This document shows positions 31,053 to 41,081 of a stretch of DNA of 64,000 nucleotides, one piece after another (position 1 is the first letter of the stretch; each line of letters opens with the position of its first letter). The notes under the pieces were generated by a model, which saw nothing but the letters and a program-made list of their open reading frames with translations, did no database searches and had not been told where the DNA came from. The DNA is from a virus, in the IMG/VR virus record IMGVR_UViG_3300025592_000986; one strand, given 5' to 3'. Made by a program: the position numbers and the translations under genes.

Positions 31053-31392
31053 AATTAAAAATAATTGTCGTCCCTACCTCTGCGTAGCCAACGACATCCT
31101 CCTTCTTGTAATCTCCACCTTTCACAAGTATATCGGGTTTTACTTGATTAATCAAGTTTAATGGTGTATCCTCGCTAAAAAGTATTACCTCGTCAACATA
31201 CTTACAAGACTCTAAAAGAAACTTTCGATCTTTTTGATTATTGAATGGTCTATTTTCGCCTTTTAAACGCCGTATGCTGCTGTCAGAGTTTAACCCTACC
31301 ACGACATACCCCAGAGACTTACAGTGCCTCAGAAGCTCGATATGGCCCCTGTGAAGCACGTCAAAACACCCATTAGTGAACACTGTCTTCAT
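31000..31392 (-). CDS. hldC: Heptose-1-phosphate adenylyltransferase (HldE/RfaE domain II)
   Basis: TNGCFDVLHRGH, GLNSDSS, LKGENRP, KGGDY. Confidence 0.9.
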   Translation of the reverse strand: MKTVFTNGCFDVLHRGHIELLRHCKSLGYVVVGLNSDSSIRRLKGENRPFNNQKDRKFLLESCKYVDEVILFSEDTPLNLINQVKPDILVKGGDYKKEDVVGYAEVGTTIIFNYVEGYSSTKAIKNFGGR

Positions 31393-32222
31393 ATGCTGAT
31401 AAGTTTTCTCGTTTTAGTAATAATTTCTGAATAATTATGATTCATTACTTCTGAAAAACACTCATCACACTTCACTTTCAAGCCACAAGGGCCGTGCTTG
31501 CCAAGATTGATATTTACATTCTGAGGGTATGCGACCATATCAGGGTGCTGATATCCGGTTATGACAACGACCGAAGTCGTGTCTACTGTGGTGGCAGCGT
31601 GAACTAGCCCACCTTCAGAGCTTAGAAAAGCCTTTGATTCTCCGATGACCAGGGCAGCTTCCCTGAAGCTCGTCTTGCCTCTGAAATCTGTGACATTGTT
31701 CAGAAGTCTCGATGCAGGTGCCCCAAGCTGTACCATAGTCACATCTCTTGAAAGATCATTTACAACCTTCTGCCATTTAGCAAAGGGGTATTCTCTATTC
31801 GGAGTGTAATTTGTTTTAGATACGGGCTCGATAGTAATAAAGACGCCAAGATCAGATACGAGATTTTTCACCTTGTCTCTTTCATAATTAGTGAAATACA
31901 TTTCACACTTTAGCTCAGGGCTCTCAATTCCATAAAATTCACACATCTGCGCGATCATATGCTTGTCATACCTGTGGTGGGCCATCAGTGGGGTATCGGT
32001 TTTGCAATAGTTTGCTTGCGGATTGTTTAGAAACAGAGGAAACAGTCTAGACTTTTCGTCCGTTTTTGCGATATACGGGTTGTTTTCGAATACTGGGCTT
32101 CTGACAAACTTTGTTATGTTTTTGCCGTCACCCTCGCAAGGCAATATTTTTATATCTTCGTCAATCTTTTTCTTAACTTCTCTAGCGACGGCTGTCCAAG
32201 CCAAATAGCCTCCAAGACCCAT
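31389..32222 (-). CDS. Glycosyltransferase family 9 (heptosyltransferase-like)
   Basis: MGLGG start, REYPFAKW, DFRGKTSFRE, SEGGLVHAA. Confidence 0.8.
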   Translation of the reverse strand: MGLGGYLAWTAVAREVKKKIDEDIKILPCEGDGKNITKFVRSPVFENNPYIAKTDEKSRLFPLFLNNPQANYCKTDTPLMAHHRYDKHMIAQMCEFYGIESPELKCEMYFTNYERDKVKNLVSDLGVFITIEPVSKTNYTPNREYPFAKWQKVVNDLSRDVTMVQLGAPASRLLNNVTDFRGKTSFREAALVIGESKAFLSSEGGLVHAATTVDTTSVVVITGYQHPDMVAYPQNVNINLGKHGPCGLKVKCDECFSEVMNHNYSEIITKTRKLISI

Positions 32223-32231
32223 AGTAAAACC

Positions 32232-33191
32232 TCAACAATATTTATTCAAAAGAGTGTAGGCGTCGGCCGCATACCTCTTATAACCAGCGTGCCTAAGTAT
32301 GTATTCTCTCGGCGATTCTTCAATGTTTAGAGTACCGTCTAAAAAGCTTTTAATTTTGTTAAAATACTCTTTGGCAGACCCCTCGTTCCTCTTTAGATAG
32401 AGATCCGTCATTCTATCCGTCCCGTGTACCCAAAACCTTTGGTCGAAGATGCTTGGCGTATTATGAGGAGATCCGATAATTGGAACGTCTAAGAACATCG
32501 CTTCGTACGTTGCGATGCCAGGACATTCATCAAGACTTAGATTTATGCAACATTTTGATTGCAAGAGTTTATCAAAGTACTCTTCCCTCTTATACTCGCC
32601 ATAGTGAACTCTGGTAAACGAAATATCGTTGTCTTCCAACATATCAATAAGATCATCGTGAAATTCCAGATAATTGTCGTCGTATCTCCTCTTCTTGGAA
32701 TAAATAAGGCAATCATACTTGATGTTCTTGTTTTCTATAAGGGATGGGTCTATATCGAAAGTGACGCACTTGTCTAAATAGTCAGCTTTGTGAACAAGGT
32801 CTTTCCTCAAGAACTTTTTTACGTGGTCGTTATAAAACTGAACCTGATCGATGTACAGATCAAATTCTACATTCTCAACGAACCACTTGTCCCATTGGTC
32901 GTGTGGGCCATAATCTGGATAATCCAAAAGAACGTTTGGGCCAAAAACAAACTTTTTGTCTGGGCAATGGTGCTTTAGTTGATTATAAAGATTTGGATCA
33001 AAACCCTTTGCATAAAACCAAAAAACATCATACCTCTGTAATCCTTGAACACCTATTTGTCCAATGTCCCACAATTCATCAACAGAAATATTCTTGTGCT
33101 TGCTCAGTGCATCAACGTGGTGACTGAAAGTTAGGCCAGGGCCACGATCGCCGCCTGGTTTGGCGCACATTAATATATTATAGTTCTTCAA
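32232..33191 (-). CDS. Putative glycosyltransferase (GT-B)
   Basis: SLDECPGIATYEAMFLDVP resembles the GT4 ExxGxxxxEA motif. Confidence 0.7.
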   Translation of the reverse strand: MKNYNILMCAKPGGDRGPGLTFSHHVDALSKHKNISVDELWDIGQIGVQGLQRYDVFWFYAKGFDPNLYNQLKHHCPDKKFVFGPNVLLDYPDYGPHDQWDKWFVENVEFDLYIDQVQFYNDHVKKFLRKDLVHKADYLDKCVTFDIDPSLIENKNIKYDCLIYSKKRRYDDNYLEFHDDLIDMLEDNDISFTRVHYGEYKREEYFDKLLQSKCCINLSLDECPGIATYEAMFLDVPIIGSPHNTPSIFDQRFWVHGTDRMTDLYLKRNEGSAKEYFNKIKSFLDGTLNIEESPREYILRHAGYKRYAADAYTLLNKYC

Positions 33192-33948
33192 TCTGCAATA
33201 CTCTCAGTTTATCATAGGGTTGCTTCGACACGAGGACACTCTCTATCCTAAGCTGTTCACTTCTGTGAACCTTGTCAACGGATATGGGATTTTCTTTGTT
33301 GTATATATACATCACCTTTCCGATAGCGATGAAGTGTTCTTTACCGGACATCTCGATCATCGGATACATTATAACCCTATCCCAAGTAAATTTAAAAAAG
33401 TCACCGTCTTCATCCAGAAAATCCTGTTTTTGGATTGACATAAACAACTCTCTTTTAAATGTTCTCAAATGAGAGAAGGACCAATGTTGTTGTCTAATGT
33501 TTTTATCCCAGTAGTCTTTTGGTATGCTTGGCCTAACTATCCTGCCGCCCACACTCTCAAGGTAGGATCCTGCAGTTATCCAAACGCTTTCATCTTGGTA
33601 TACAGAATTCAGTTCTGACAGTACGTTCTTGTTCGCCAACCAATCGTCGCCATCAAGAGCTACAATAATTGAGCCCGGTTTGGCGCAATCCACTGCGGTG
33701 TATAGATTCGGGAGCGCTCTTAAGTTTTCAGAATTGTTGTAATATTTGAGAATACCCTTTTTCGAGTCCCAAGATTTTAAGCACTTGTCAACAATATTTT
33801 TAGTGTTGTCAGTCGAAGCATCGTCGATGTATACCAAATCATAATTGTCGTAGGCTTGGTTTATCGCAGAGTTCACGTTCTTCTCTGCCCAGCGCTCATT
33901 GTTGTAAGACAATATAATTATAGTAAAGTGTTTACTCTTCAAATGCAT
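33178..33948 (-). CDS. Glycosyltransferase family 2
   Basis: IIILSYN, IDDASTD, LDGDDWL; start taken at MHLKSK. Confidence 0.85.
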   Translation of the reverse strand: MHLKSKHFTIIILSYNNERWAEKNVNSAINQAYDNYDLVYIDDASTDNTKNIVDKCLKSWDSKKGILKYYNNSENLRALPNLYTAVDCAKPGSIIVALDGDDWLANKNVLSELNSVYQDESVWITAGSYLESVGGRIVRPSIPKDYWDKNIRQQHWSFSHLRTFKRELFMSIQKQDFLDEDGDFFKFTWDRVIMYPMIEMSGKEHFIAIGKVMYIYNKENPISVDKVHRSEQLRIESVLVSKQPYDKLRVLQIEEL

Positions 33949-36022
33949 TCTCCCAGAAAAATGCAGGTCTAGACAATAAATGCTCCACAATACTATTTGG
34001 GGCGGTCGACTCGAACCAAGACTCGGTTGCGTGCTGAACGTTATCATTGAGTTCTAATTCACAGCCAAGAAGCTTCGCTTCAATCACGAGTCTCGGGCAG
34101 GTGTCTAACCCTCCAGGCTTAAAACACAGGCCTTTAGCTTGTGCCAATTTTTCAAGGAACTCTTCTGGCTTAAGGCCATCCACTACCTCGTACTCTAGAC
34201 TGTTTTGGATACACCAATCTTCCGATTCTTGTACACCCTTCACCCAGGAGGTTGAGCCCATAACGAGCCATTTTGTCTTTTTCTTGTTTTTGTACTTGTC
34301 TCTAAGTAAATCAACATATCTAAAGAAATCTTTATCAAAAAGAGAGGACAATACGTGAAAATTATCACTCCTGATATCTGGCAATGAAGCCTTATGTATT
34401 GCCATTTGCTTTTCCGACATAAAGAATACAGCAGAAGCATTGTTACAGAATTCCAGCATCATTTTGCCTTGGTCTGTAGACTCATATTTGCAGGCTTCTC
34501 CCTCTACCATTTCATACAATGCTGGGTTTCTATGCTTGCAGAACTTATAGTCAAACTCTAAAAATGAATACTGTATATCATACTTCTTAACCAACTCAAA
34601 TGATTCCGCAGACATTCTAGATGTGTTTCCAAAAATCCACTTTTTGCTTTTGTGCATTTTAAATATATCTTCGTTTAACAGTTCCGAGTTTACAGCACCT
34701 ACGTGTTTGCTGGGGGAGCTTTGCATAACTGTCTGTAAGCTCAACTCTGCCCCGCCAGAATACTGACCTGCAAACATATCACTAACAAAGATGTAATCCG
34801 GCTCGTGTACCAAGTTGCTCGGCAGCACTGCCTCCACCATTCTTTTCTTTATCGCTTCTTCACTATGGTTCTTTAAGATGTTGTCTTTTAGGATCTTGGC
34901 CCAAGACTTATACATACCATTGTTTTGATGCATCGCTCTTAGCTTCTTTTTGAAATCAACCTTGTTGGGGAAACACCACATACTGCTTGCGATGATTATG
35001 TCGCTCCAGACAGCCTCTTTTTGGACTGGTGCCAAGACGTAATCGACTCTTGCGAATAAAGGTTTCTTCCTGACCTTCCCATTTTTTCCTTTAATTGGCC
35101 CATACAGAAAATCCAAGTGACCGCTCCAACCAGGTGCAACCACAGGTAAGCCGTTGTAAGACGCTTCAAATAGCGGCAAACCGTAACCTTCCCCGTGAGT
35201 AGCACTCACCAGAGCTTTGATCTTTGGATGCTGATAAAGGGAATTCAATTCCTTCTTACTCATGTTGCCGTGCAAGAGGTATATACTACACAGACACCCT
35301 TCGCCAACATCATCGATTAGTTCGTTCAGCTTCCTGATAGTGTTTAATCGATCCATTACAGAATTCTTTGCAAGACTAGTTTTGATTACAAGTCCTACCT
35401 CCTGGTCCTTAAACTCTTCAGCAAACCACCTTATCGTGTTTTCAAGGTTCTTCCTAATCGACCACTGAGCTACAATAAGAAAATTAAAGTCATCTTTCAA
35501 TTCTATATCGAACTCTGGGTCTAGTTCCAGTGTCCTATGCGGGTACGGAACTACTTTGACGGGGGCACCGCAGGCTACTTCCTGTACGCCGCCGCCTTCA
35601 ACATCGAAAGGATGCTTTGTGTTTTCAAAAGCCCATTTAGCGAACTCAGAAGGAACAACTATTGCATCCATCTGATGTGAATTTTCAATCCACTTCTTTG
35701 CGACCTTGGTAGTCTCGATTCCAGCAGTGACGTGAACCGCATACTTACCTTTTCTCTGAAATTCGTTTGGAATTCCTACGTGGACGTGTATATCGAAAAA
35801 ATTAGCATCTTTCGGGTCATATTCCTTATTAACCAAGGAGTCGATCCAATTTCTCTCCTCTTTGTTGCCCAAAATCCAATTTGTGGAGCCCCAGTTTAAA
35901 GGACTAACATATATGTCCAGGACATCTTCTCGGTCCCTCAAAGATCTCAGCACGAGACGTGCGTGTTCTCCGTATCCCGACTGAGTGAGGACTGGACCTT
36001 CTAATAAAATTTTATATCTCAT
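33932..36022 (-). CDS. Two-domain glycosyltransferase (GT4 plus a second GT-B domain)
   Basis: SGYGEHAR, RKN, HGEGYGLPLFEA; second domain GGAE...DTCPRLVIEAKLLG; start taken at MRYKIL. Confidence 0.85.
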   Translation of the reverse strand: MRYKILLEGPVLTQSGYGEHARLVLRSLRDREDVLDIYVSPLNWGSTNWILGNKEERNWIDSLVNKEYDPKDANFFDIHVHVGIPNEFQRKGKYAVHVTAGIETTKVAKKWIENSHQMDAIVVPSEFAKWAFENTKHPFDVEGGGVQEVACGAPVKVVPYPHRTLELDPEFDIELKDDFNFLIVAQWSIRKNLENTIRWFAEEFKDQEVGLVIKTSLAKNSVMDRLNTIRKLNELIDDVGEGCLCSIYLLHGNMSKKELNSLYQHPKIKALVSATHGEGYGLPLFEASYNGLPVVAPGWSGHLDFLYGPIKGKNGKVRKKPLFARVDYVLAPVQKEAVWSDIIIASSMWCFPNKVDFKKKLRAMHQNNGMYKSWAKILKDNILKNHSEEAIKKRMVEAVLPSNLVHEPDYIFVSDMFAGQYSGGAELSLQTVMQSSPSKHVGAVNSELLNEDIFKMHKSKKWIFGNTSRMSAESFELVKKYDIQYSFLEFDYKFCKHRNPALYEMVEGEACKYESTDQGKMMLEFCNNASAVFFMSEKQMAIHKASLPDIRSDNFHVLSSLFDKDFFRYVDLLRDKYKNKKKTKWLVMGSTSWVKGVQESEDWCIQNSLEYEVVDGLKPEEFLEKLAQAKGLCFKPGGLDTCPRLVIEAKLLGCELELNDNVQHATESWFESTAPNSIVEHLLSRPAFFWENAFEE

Positions 36023-37281
36023 AATACCTTCAAAAACTCCCAACTTTTGTGCTTTCTATTCGACCAAGACCCCTTGCTTTCGAAAACTCTTGTCAATTCC
36101 TGGTCCCACTGGCTTACATAGGAGTCGAAACCGTAATTATTTAAAACGTGCTGACGGCCCTTCTTGCCAAGCTCTTCTCTGTCTTCTTTCGAGGTGTTGT
36201 ACATCTTATCCAGTGCCGCTGTAAAATCTTCTTTAGAAACCCTGTCCTCATAGATGTACGGAACATCCTGAGAGCCTATGATCGCTTTCGAGGCGGGCTC
36301 TATTCCAATACCAAACCACTCGTTGCCGTCAGTGACCTGTTCTTGCATACCACCTGTCATATTTACGATTATTGGTGTCTCTGTAGCTAAAGACTCCAAG
36401 GTGCCTAGCCCAAAACCTTCTGCATCGGAAATGTTTACTGTGCAGTCTGCAACGTTGTACAATACGGACAGTTCAGGCATACCGACCTTTTGTACGGACA
36501 ATACGACGTCATTTTCGGCGTTTAGTTCGTGAATTATTGCATTAAGATCTTGCCCGTTTGAATCGTTCGGTTCTGTGTGCATAATAAACAAAACTTTGTC
36601 TTCGCCAATCTTCTTGGCCCACTCGGCGAACCACCACAGAACCGAGCCAGACATTTTTCTTCTAGCGTTTCTATTATTCCAAAAGAATATAAACTTCTTG
36701 TCACCGTTCTCGTCCAAAAAGGTTTCGTTCGCATTTATAAACTCTTGTGCTTCTTTTTCTGGTATCTTTGTAAAAATATCTGTGTTTACTGTGTGTGGTA
36801 TGCGGACACAATCGACTTCTGGCGCTACAGTCCTAACAATTTCGTCCGTGACCTTACTTATGGTTGCGATCATATCATTGGACAGGTAGTATTGCCTGTT
36901 AAACTTCGGATGCGGAAAGTTGTCCCAAACGTGATAATAAACCAGGGATGCTACTGACCTTATTTCGTTCTCAATATCCCACAACCAGCCCCAAAATCTA
37001 GGGTCTGTCATAATCCATACAATATCCGGTTTAAAGTTCTGAACGAAAGATCTCAGTTGGTCCTGATTCCCATAACCATCAACTGGGTATATTATCCAGT
37101 CATCTCCATATTCTTCAACTCTGATAGGCGTATAATCTGGGTGCCTAATTGCACCACCCATACAGACAAATTGATATTTTCCCGTCTTAAGCAATCCTTC
37201 AATCATATACCTAGTCTGCCCTGCCACACCAGAGGGTGCCAGGGGACTATCAGCTAGTACAAGAATCTTCATTTTGTCCAT
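36019..37281 (-). CDS. Glycosyltransferase family 4
   Basis: NRNARRK, AEGFGLGTLESLA. Confidence 0.9.
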   Translation of the reverse strand: MDKMKILVLADSPLAPSGVAGQTRYMIEGLLKTGKYQFVCMGGAIRHPDYTPIRVEEYGDDWIIYPVDGYGNQDQLRSFVQNFKPDIVWIMTDPRFWGWLWDIENEIRSVASLVYYHVWDNFPHPKFNRQYYLSNDMIATISKVTDEIVRTVAPEVDCVRIPHTVNTDIFTKIPEKEAQEFINANETFLDENGDKKFIFFWNNRNARRKMSGSVLWWFAEWAKKIGEDKVLFIMHTEPNDSNGQDLNAIIHELNAENDVVLSVQKVGMPELSVLYNVADCTVNISDAEGFGLGTLESLATETPIIVNMTGGMQEQVTDGNEWFGIGIEPASKAIIGSQDVPYIYEDRVSKEDFTAALDKMYNTSKEDREELGKKGRQHVLNNYGFDSYVSQWDQELTRVFESKGSWSNRKHKSWEFLKVL

Positions 37282-37293
37282 ATTTTGTTTTCC

Positions 37294-38079
37294 TTAAGTG
37301 CAGTGACTGGTTTTGTGGAACTCACAATAACCACATGATAACCTATTTTTTATATAATTTTTATTATTAATGTTCGTAATTGCCTTGTTTAAAAGTTCCA
37401 CAGCATTTGACACTCGTTTCTTCCCATTTGTGACTTCAAAAATTTCAACTTTCTTGCCCTTGGCGGTCCTTTTCAGCAGGGCAAAATGAGTCCTCACATC
37501 GTTGGGGTCGATGCTGTACTTATTCGAAAAATAATTTTTATACAAACTTAATTGATAGGATGTCATAGAGTCGCTTTTCTTATCTGTTCTCCAGCCCCAA
37601 GAGCAAGTCTTCCAATCTATTACGTGGTACTTTCCATCTTTTGTTTTCAGAATTAAATCCACAAAGCCCTTAAAGTTGTAATCAGTGTTGAATTCTATGA
37701 TTTCTTCGAATAGCGGTTCTTCTATTTTAAAAACTTCATATTCTCCAAAGTATTCCCGCAACTCTGGTACAATAAAATCAAAAAGGTCTTTGGCCTGGTT
37801 GCTCATATCTACAACTAGTTTCTTGTTTATTGATTCGAAGTTTGGTAGGGATTTTATTTCGTTTACAAAGTTTTTCTTAAACTCTGCTTGAGTGTCTATC
37901 GTCTGGTCTAAAACCAGGCTCTCGCAGACGGTGTGTACCGCCTTTCCAAATGCCGTGTATTCATTGCCGGCGAAACCACTGATTTTGTCTAGATAAGACA
38001 GTTTATGTTTGAACGCACAATCATTCCAAATTTTGAGTTCCGAGAAGCTTATTTTCTTGTTGTTTTTTTGTTGAGACAC
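37294..38079 (-). CDS. PD-(D/E)XK nuclease (RecB/Cas4-like with Cys cluster)
   Basis: SFSELKIWNDC, GFVDLI, IDWKT, YQLSLY, CGYCEF...C; GTG start at 38079 inferred. Confidence 0.85.
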   Translation of the reverse strand: MSQQKNNKKISFSELKIWNDCAFKHKLSYLDKISGFAGNEYTAFGKAVHTVCESLVLDQTIDTQAEFKKNFVNEIKSLPNFESINKKLVVDMSNQAKDLFDFIVPELREYFGEYEVFKIEEPLFEEIIEFNTDYNFKGFVDLILKTKDGKYHVIDWKTCSWGWRTDKKSDSMTSYQLSLYKNYFSNKYSIDPNDVRTHFALLKRTAKGKKVEIFEVTNGKKRVSNAVELLNKAITNINNKNYIKNRLSCGYCEFHKTSHCT

Positions 38080-38470
38080 GACTTCTCTTTCTTGTTGTTG
38101 GTGCAGGCGGTGAAGCCGGCGCTGGTGCAGGCGTGGTGCCATTTTCAGACTCAACTTGAACTATATCAGTCTTTTGTGTCTCGGTCAAGACTCTTTTGAC
38201 TTTTGTTACGGGGGTTTTCTTCGGACGAGGCTTTTCAAAAACAAAGTCCGTTTCGAGAAGTGGTGGTTCAGTGTAGTTGCACAAGACATTTTGTTTTGAG
38301 CATTTGAACGATGAAAAGTCTAGCTCTGGTCTCTCTTTCAACAGCTCTGCTCTTAGGTTATCAGCACTAGCCGTGATATAAGGGTCTTTGGCCATTCTGC
38401 GTCTTTCGATCCTCGCTCTAACAACCACTCTGGTTTCAGAGTCTTCTATAATCTTAATATCTCTAAACAT
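38021..38470 (-). CDS. Hypothetical protein with Pro/Ala/Lys-rich tail
   Basis: 149-aa ORF overlapping both neighbours. Confidence 0.6.
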   Translation of the reverse strand: MFRDIKIIEDSETRVVVRARIERRRMAKDPYITASADNLRAELLKERPELDFSSFKCSKQNVLCNYTEPPLLETDFVFEKPRPKKTPVTKVKRVLTETQKTDIVQVESENGTTPAPAPASPPAPTTRKRSRVSTKKQQENKLLGTQNLE

Positions 38471-39218
38471 CCTTATTCTCCTCTTGGTGAAGTTCTTGTA
38501 ATTTTTTAAATAAGACCGGGCTAATTCTGTTTATCTTGTCGTGGTCTTTGTGATGATAGAAAGCCTCGAAGCCGTTTGCGAAGTACTCTCTGAGTGACGT
38601 TATCGCGTAAGGTGAGTAAAACAAGTTCATCGATACTGATGACAGGTACGAATACCCAATGTCAAAATACAAGAGATTGTCAAAGTTGTTTGAATATTCC
38701 GGGTTCTTAAAATCTTGATAATTTAAATCAACCAACCCCTCTGTGTCAAGCAGGTGAAACAACCTTTCCCTCTTGCCTAAAAACTCAACCTCCAGGATTC
38801 CATCGGAATATATAGATAGGAACTGTTCCTCCTCTACTGAGTGGGCGATTTCGTGTATTATATCGTCCGCCATATCCCCCTCATCTTCCTGCTTGTTTGT
38901 AACGTATATAGCACCCTCCATATACAGAGCGTTTACGCTCCTCTCCTTAAAGACGTCGAAGTCTCCAACAAAAATGTAGTCTATGTTGTCTAGGAACCTA
39001 ACAGGTATTGTCGAACCGACACGAAACAGAACCCTATCGATATTCAAGTTGTCTGGAAGTTCGTCTTTTATTATAACCTGTATGTTTCCCAGGCTTTTTT
39101 CTTTAAAAGATTTCTTAAACTTCTTGCTGGATTCTTTTATGTACTCTCTATTCGACATCTGGGTTTGATAGTTGCGGTAAGTCAGGGTTGCCGCAGAATT
39201 CCTCATCTTCTTTTTCAC
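38463..39218 (-). CDS. Putative zincin-like metalloprotein
   Basis: IIHEIAH and downstream EYFA motif; start position uncertain. Confidence 0.6.
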   Translation of the reverse strand: MKKKMRNSAATLTYRNYQTQMSNREYIKESSKKFKKSFKEKSLGNIQVIIKDELPDNLNIDRVLFRVGSTIPVRFLDNIDYIFVGDFDVFKERSVNALYMEGAIYVTNKQEDEGDMADDIIHEIAHSVEEEQFLSIYSDGILEVEFLGKRERLFHLLDTEGLVDLNYQDFKNPEYSNNFDNLLYFDIGYSYLSSVSMNLFYSPYAITSLREYFANGFEAFYHHKDHDKINRISPVLFKKLQELHQEENKDV

Positions 39219-39474
39219 TTGTGGCGTCCCAGGATCGAGTGTCTGTTATGGCCTGCTTGTAGCCTCGAATAAAGTTCTCTTCTGCAACTGCAAACAAAAA
39301 CTCAGGAAACTCTTCAGCCATAGTATCGACTATCATTTCCAGCGTCACAGCGTCTCCTTCTGGATTGTTTTTTTCGCCGACGTAATCAACTAACCAAGAC
39401 TTCATTTCTCCGTCCTCATTAACTACGACCTTAAGATCTTCGTTTCCATTTTCCTCATTATACGTGATTTTCAT
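39148..39474 (-). CDS. Hypothetical acidic protein
   Basis: 108-aa ORF with an upstream AAGG SD. Confidence 0.7.
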   Translation of the reverse strand: MKITYNEENGNEDLKVVVNEDGEMKSWLVDYVGEKNNPEGDAVTLEMIVDTMAEEFPEFLFAVAEENFIRGYKQAITDTRSWDATSEKEDEEFCGNPDLPQLSNPDVE

Positions 39475-39488
39475 ACTGTGCCTTTCTT

Positions 39489-40829
39489 TTATAGTATTCT
39501 AGCTGAGACTGATGCTACTTTGGATCTTTCTCCCTTTAGTAGTGTAACGTGCCCCGCTATTTCTTGGTCTTTAAACTTTTCTACGAGATATGACAAACCA
39601 TTGTTTGTAGAATCTATGTAAATATTATCTATCTGCTCTATGTCTCCAGTTAGGACTATCTTGGTGCCTTCGCCAACTCTCGTAAGAACTGTCTTGATTT
39701 CGTGTCTGTTCATATTCTGAGCTTCGTCTATGATTATGAACGAGTTGCATATGGATCTACCCCTTATGTAAGTCATAGCCTCGACCTCTATTCTACCCTC
39801 ATCAATGTGCATATCTAAAGTCATCTTATCATTCCCAAAAAGAAATTGTAAATTATCTTGTATCGGTGCCAGCCAAGGTAGCATTTTTTCATCTCTAGTT
39901 CCTGGCAAAAACCCAATATCTTTACCTACTGGCTCAACAGGCTTGGTTACAACTATTCTGTTGTATATCCTGTCATTGGCCGTTTCTCCAAAAGTTTGCT
40001 GTAGTGCTGCAGCTAGCGCCAACAAAGTCTTTCCAGACCCTGCTTTTCCGATCAACGTAACAACTGGGACGGTCGGGTCCATCAAGAGATCTAGAGCAAA
40101 TGTTTGCTCTTTGTTTCTTGGCTTCAATCCCCAAATCTTCCTCTTTAAGTTTTCGACCTTCTTCACAGGTCTCGTGTAATCCAAAAATCTTACTAGTGCA
40201 GACTTTTTTTCATTAAAATTTGATACCAACATCACAAACTGATTGTTGCCAAGCTTTATTTCCTGCTCGTCTAAATATATTTCTTCGTCATTGTAGACAG
40301 AATCTATAATCTGGTCGTCGACCAAATGCTCGGTCGTGCCAGTATAAAGACCACTTATGTCTTCCACAACTTGTTCTGCGTTATAGTCCTCACACAAGAT
40401 ATCTAGAGAATCGCATTTGACTCTCATATTGATATCCCGAGAAACTAAAATAACCTTGGTGTCAGGGTTTCGGTTCTTCTCTGTAAGCGCGGTTGCAATT
40501 ATCTGATTGTCTGGATTTGCCAGCTCTAAATCGCTTGGCAGTACGGACGAATCAAAAGATTTTACCCATACGAGGCCCTTACCCTTAGCGACCCTAACAC
40601 CGTTGCTTAGGTTGCCAGACTCCCTTAGTTTGTCTAATTTTCTTATTATGTTTCTAGCGTGCGAGCCGACCGGATCTTGACGCTTTTTGTGTTTGTCAAT
40701 CTCATCTAAAACTTTTAGAGGAATGACTATATCATTCGCGTTGAACGATTCTATCGAATTCGCATCACTGAGGTAAACATTTGTGTCTAGTACGTATATT
40801 TTTTTAGCCAAAACAAAACTCTCTTTCAA
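39489..40829 (-). CDS. phoH: PIN-PhoH protein
   Basis: VLDTNV PIN domain; GKAGSGKT, GFLPG, RGRS, DEAQN, GDIEQID. Confidence 0.95.
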   Translation of the reverse strand: MKESFVLAKKIYVLDTNVYLSDANSIESFNANDIVIPLKVLDEIDKHKKRQDPVGSHARNIIRKLDKLRESGNLSNGVRVAKGKGLVWVKSFDSSVLPSDLELANPDNQIIATALTEKNRNPDTKVILVSRDINMRVKCDSLDILCEDYNAEQVVEDISGLYTGTTEHLVDDQIIDSVYNDEEIYLDEQEIKLGNNQFVMLVSNFNEKKSALVRFLDYTRPVKKVENLKRKIWGLKPRNKEQTFALDLLMDPTVPVVTLIGKAGSGKTLLALAAALQQTFGETANDRIYNRIVVTKPVEPVGKDIGFLPGTRDEKMLPWLAPIQDNLQFLFGNDKMTLDMHIDEGRIEVEAMTYIRGRSICNSFIIIDEAQNMNRHEIKTVLTRVGEGTKIVLTGDIEQIDNIYIDSTNNGLSYLVEKFKDQEIAGHVTLLKGERSKVASVSARIL

Positions 40830-40838
40830 TTATAGTAA

Positions 40839-41033
40839 TTAGTCGGTTGCGGTCTCTTTTTTCCATTTAGTTGGTACTCTTGAATATTCAACGTTGTTAA
40901 TTTTGTATTTTTTAACACTGTAGTTGAATTGTTTCTCGCTGAGGCTTTCGGTGGGCTTCTTGTGCCCTGCTTCTGTTGTTTGTGATAATCCGTTAAACAG
41001 AACCAAGACAAAAGGCATTAGTGAATAAAGCAT
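40839..41033 (-). CDS. Small protein with N-terminal hydrophobic segment
   Basis: Strong AAGGAG SD before the ATG; 64 aa. Confidence 0.55.
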   Translation of the reverse strand: MLYSLMPFVLVLFNGLSQTTEAGHKKPTESLSEKQFNYSVKKYKINNVEYSRVPTKWKKETATD

Positions 41034-41081
41034 TAAAGTGCTCCTTTTTAAAAATATATTCTTTCAACATATATTTATTAT

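Noticed and set aside
14509-37281. Bacterial LPS/capsule locus, or a prophage boundary
   Set aside because: No Wzx/Wzy/ABC export genes, integrase or att-like repeat seen; the island is co-oriented and tightly coupled with phage-type genes on both sides.
37294-38154. Cas4 / CRISPR system
   Set aside because: Stand-alone PD-(D/E)XK nuclease; no other cas genes and no repeat-spacer array seen in the window.
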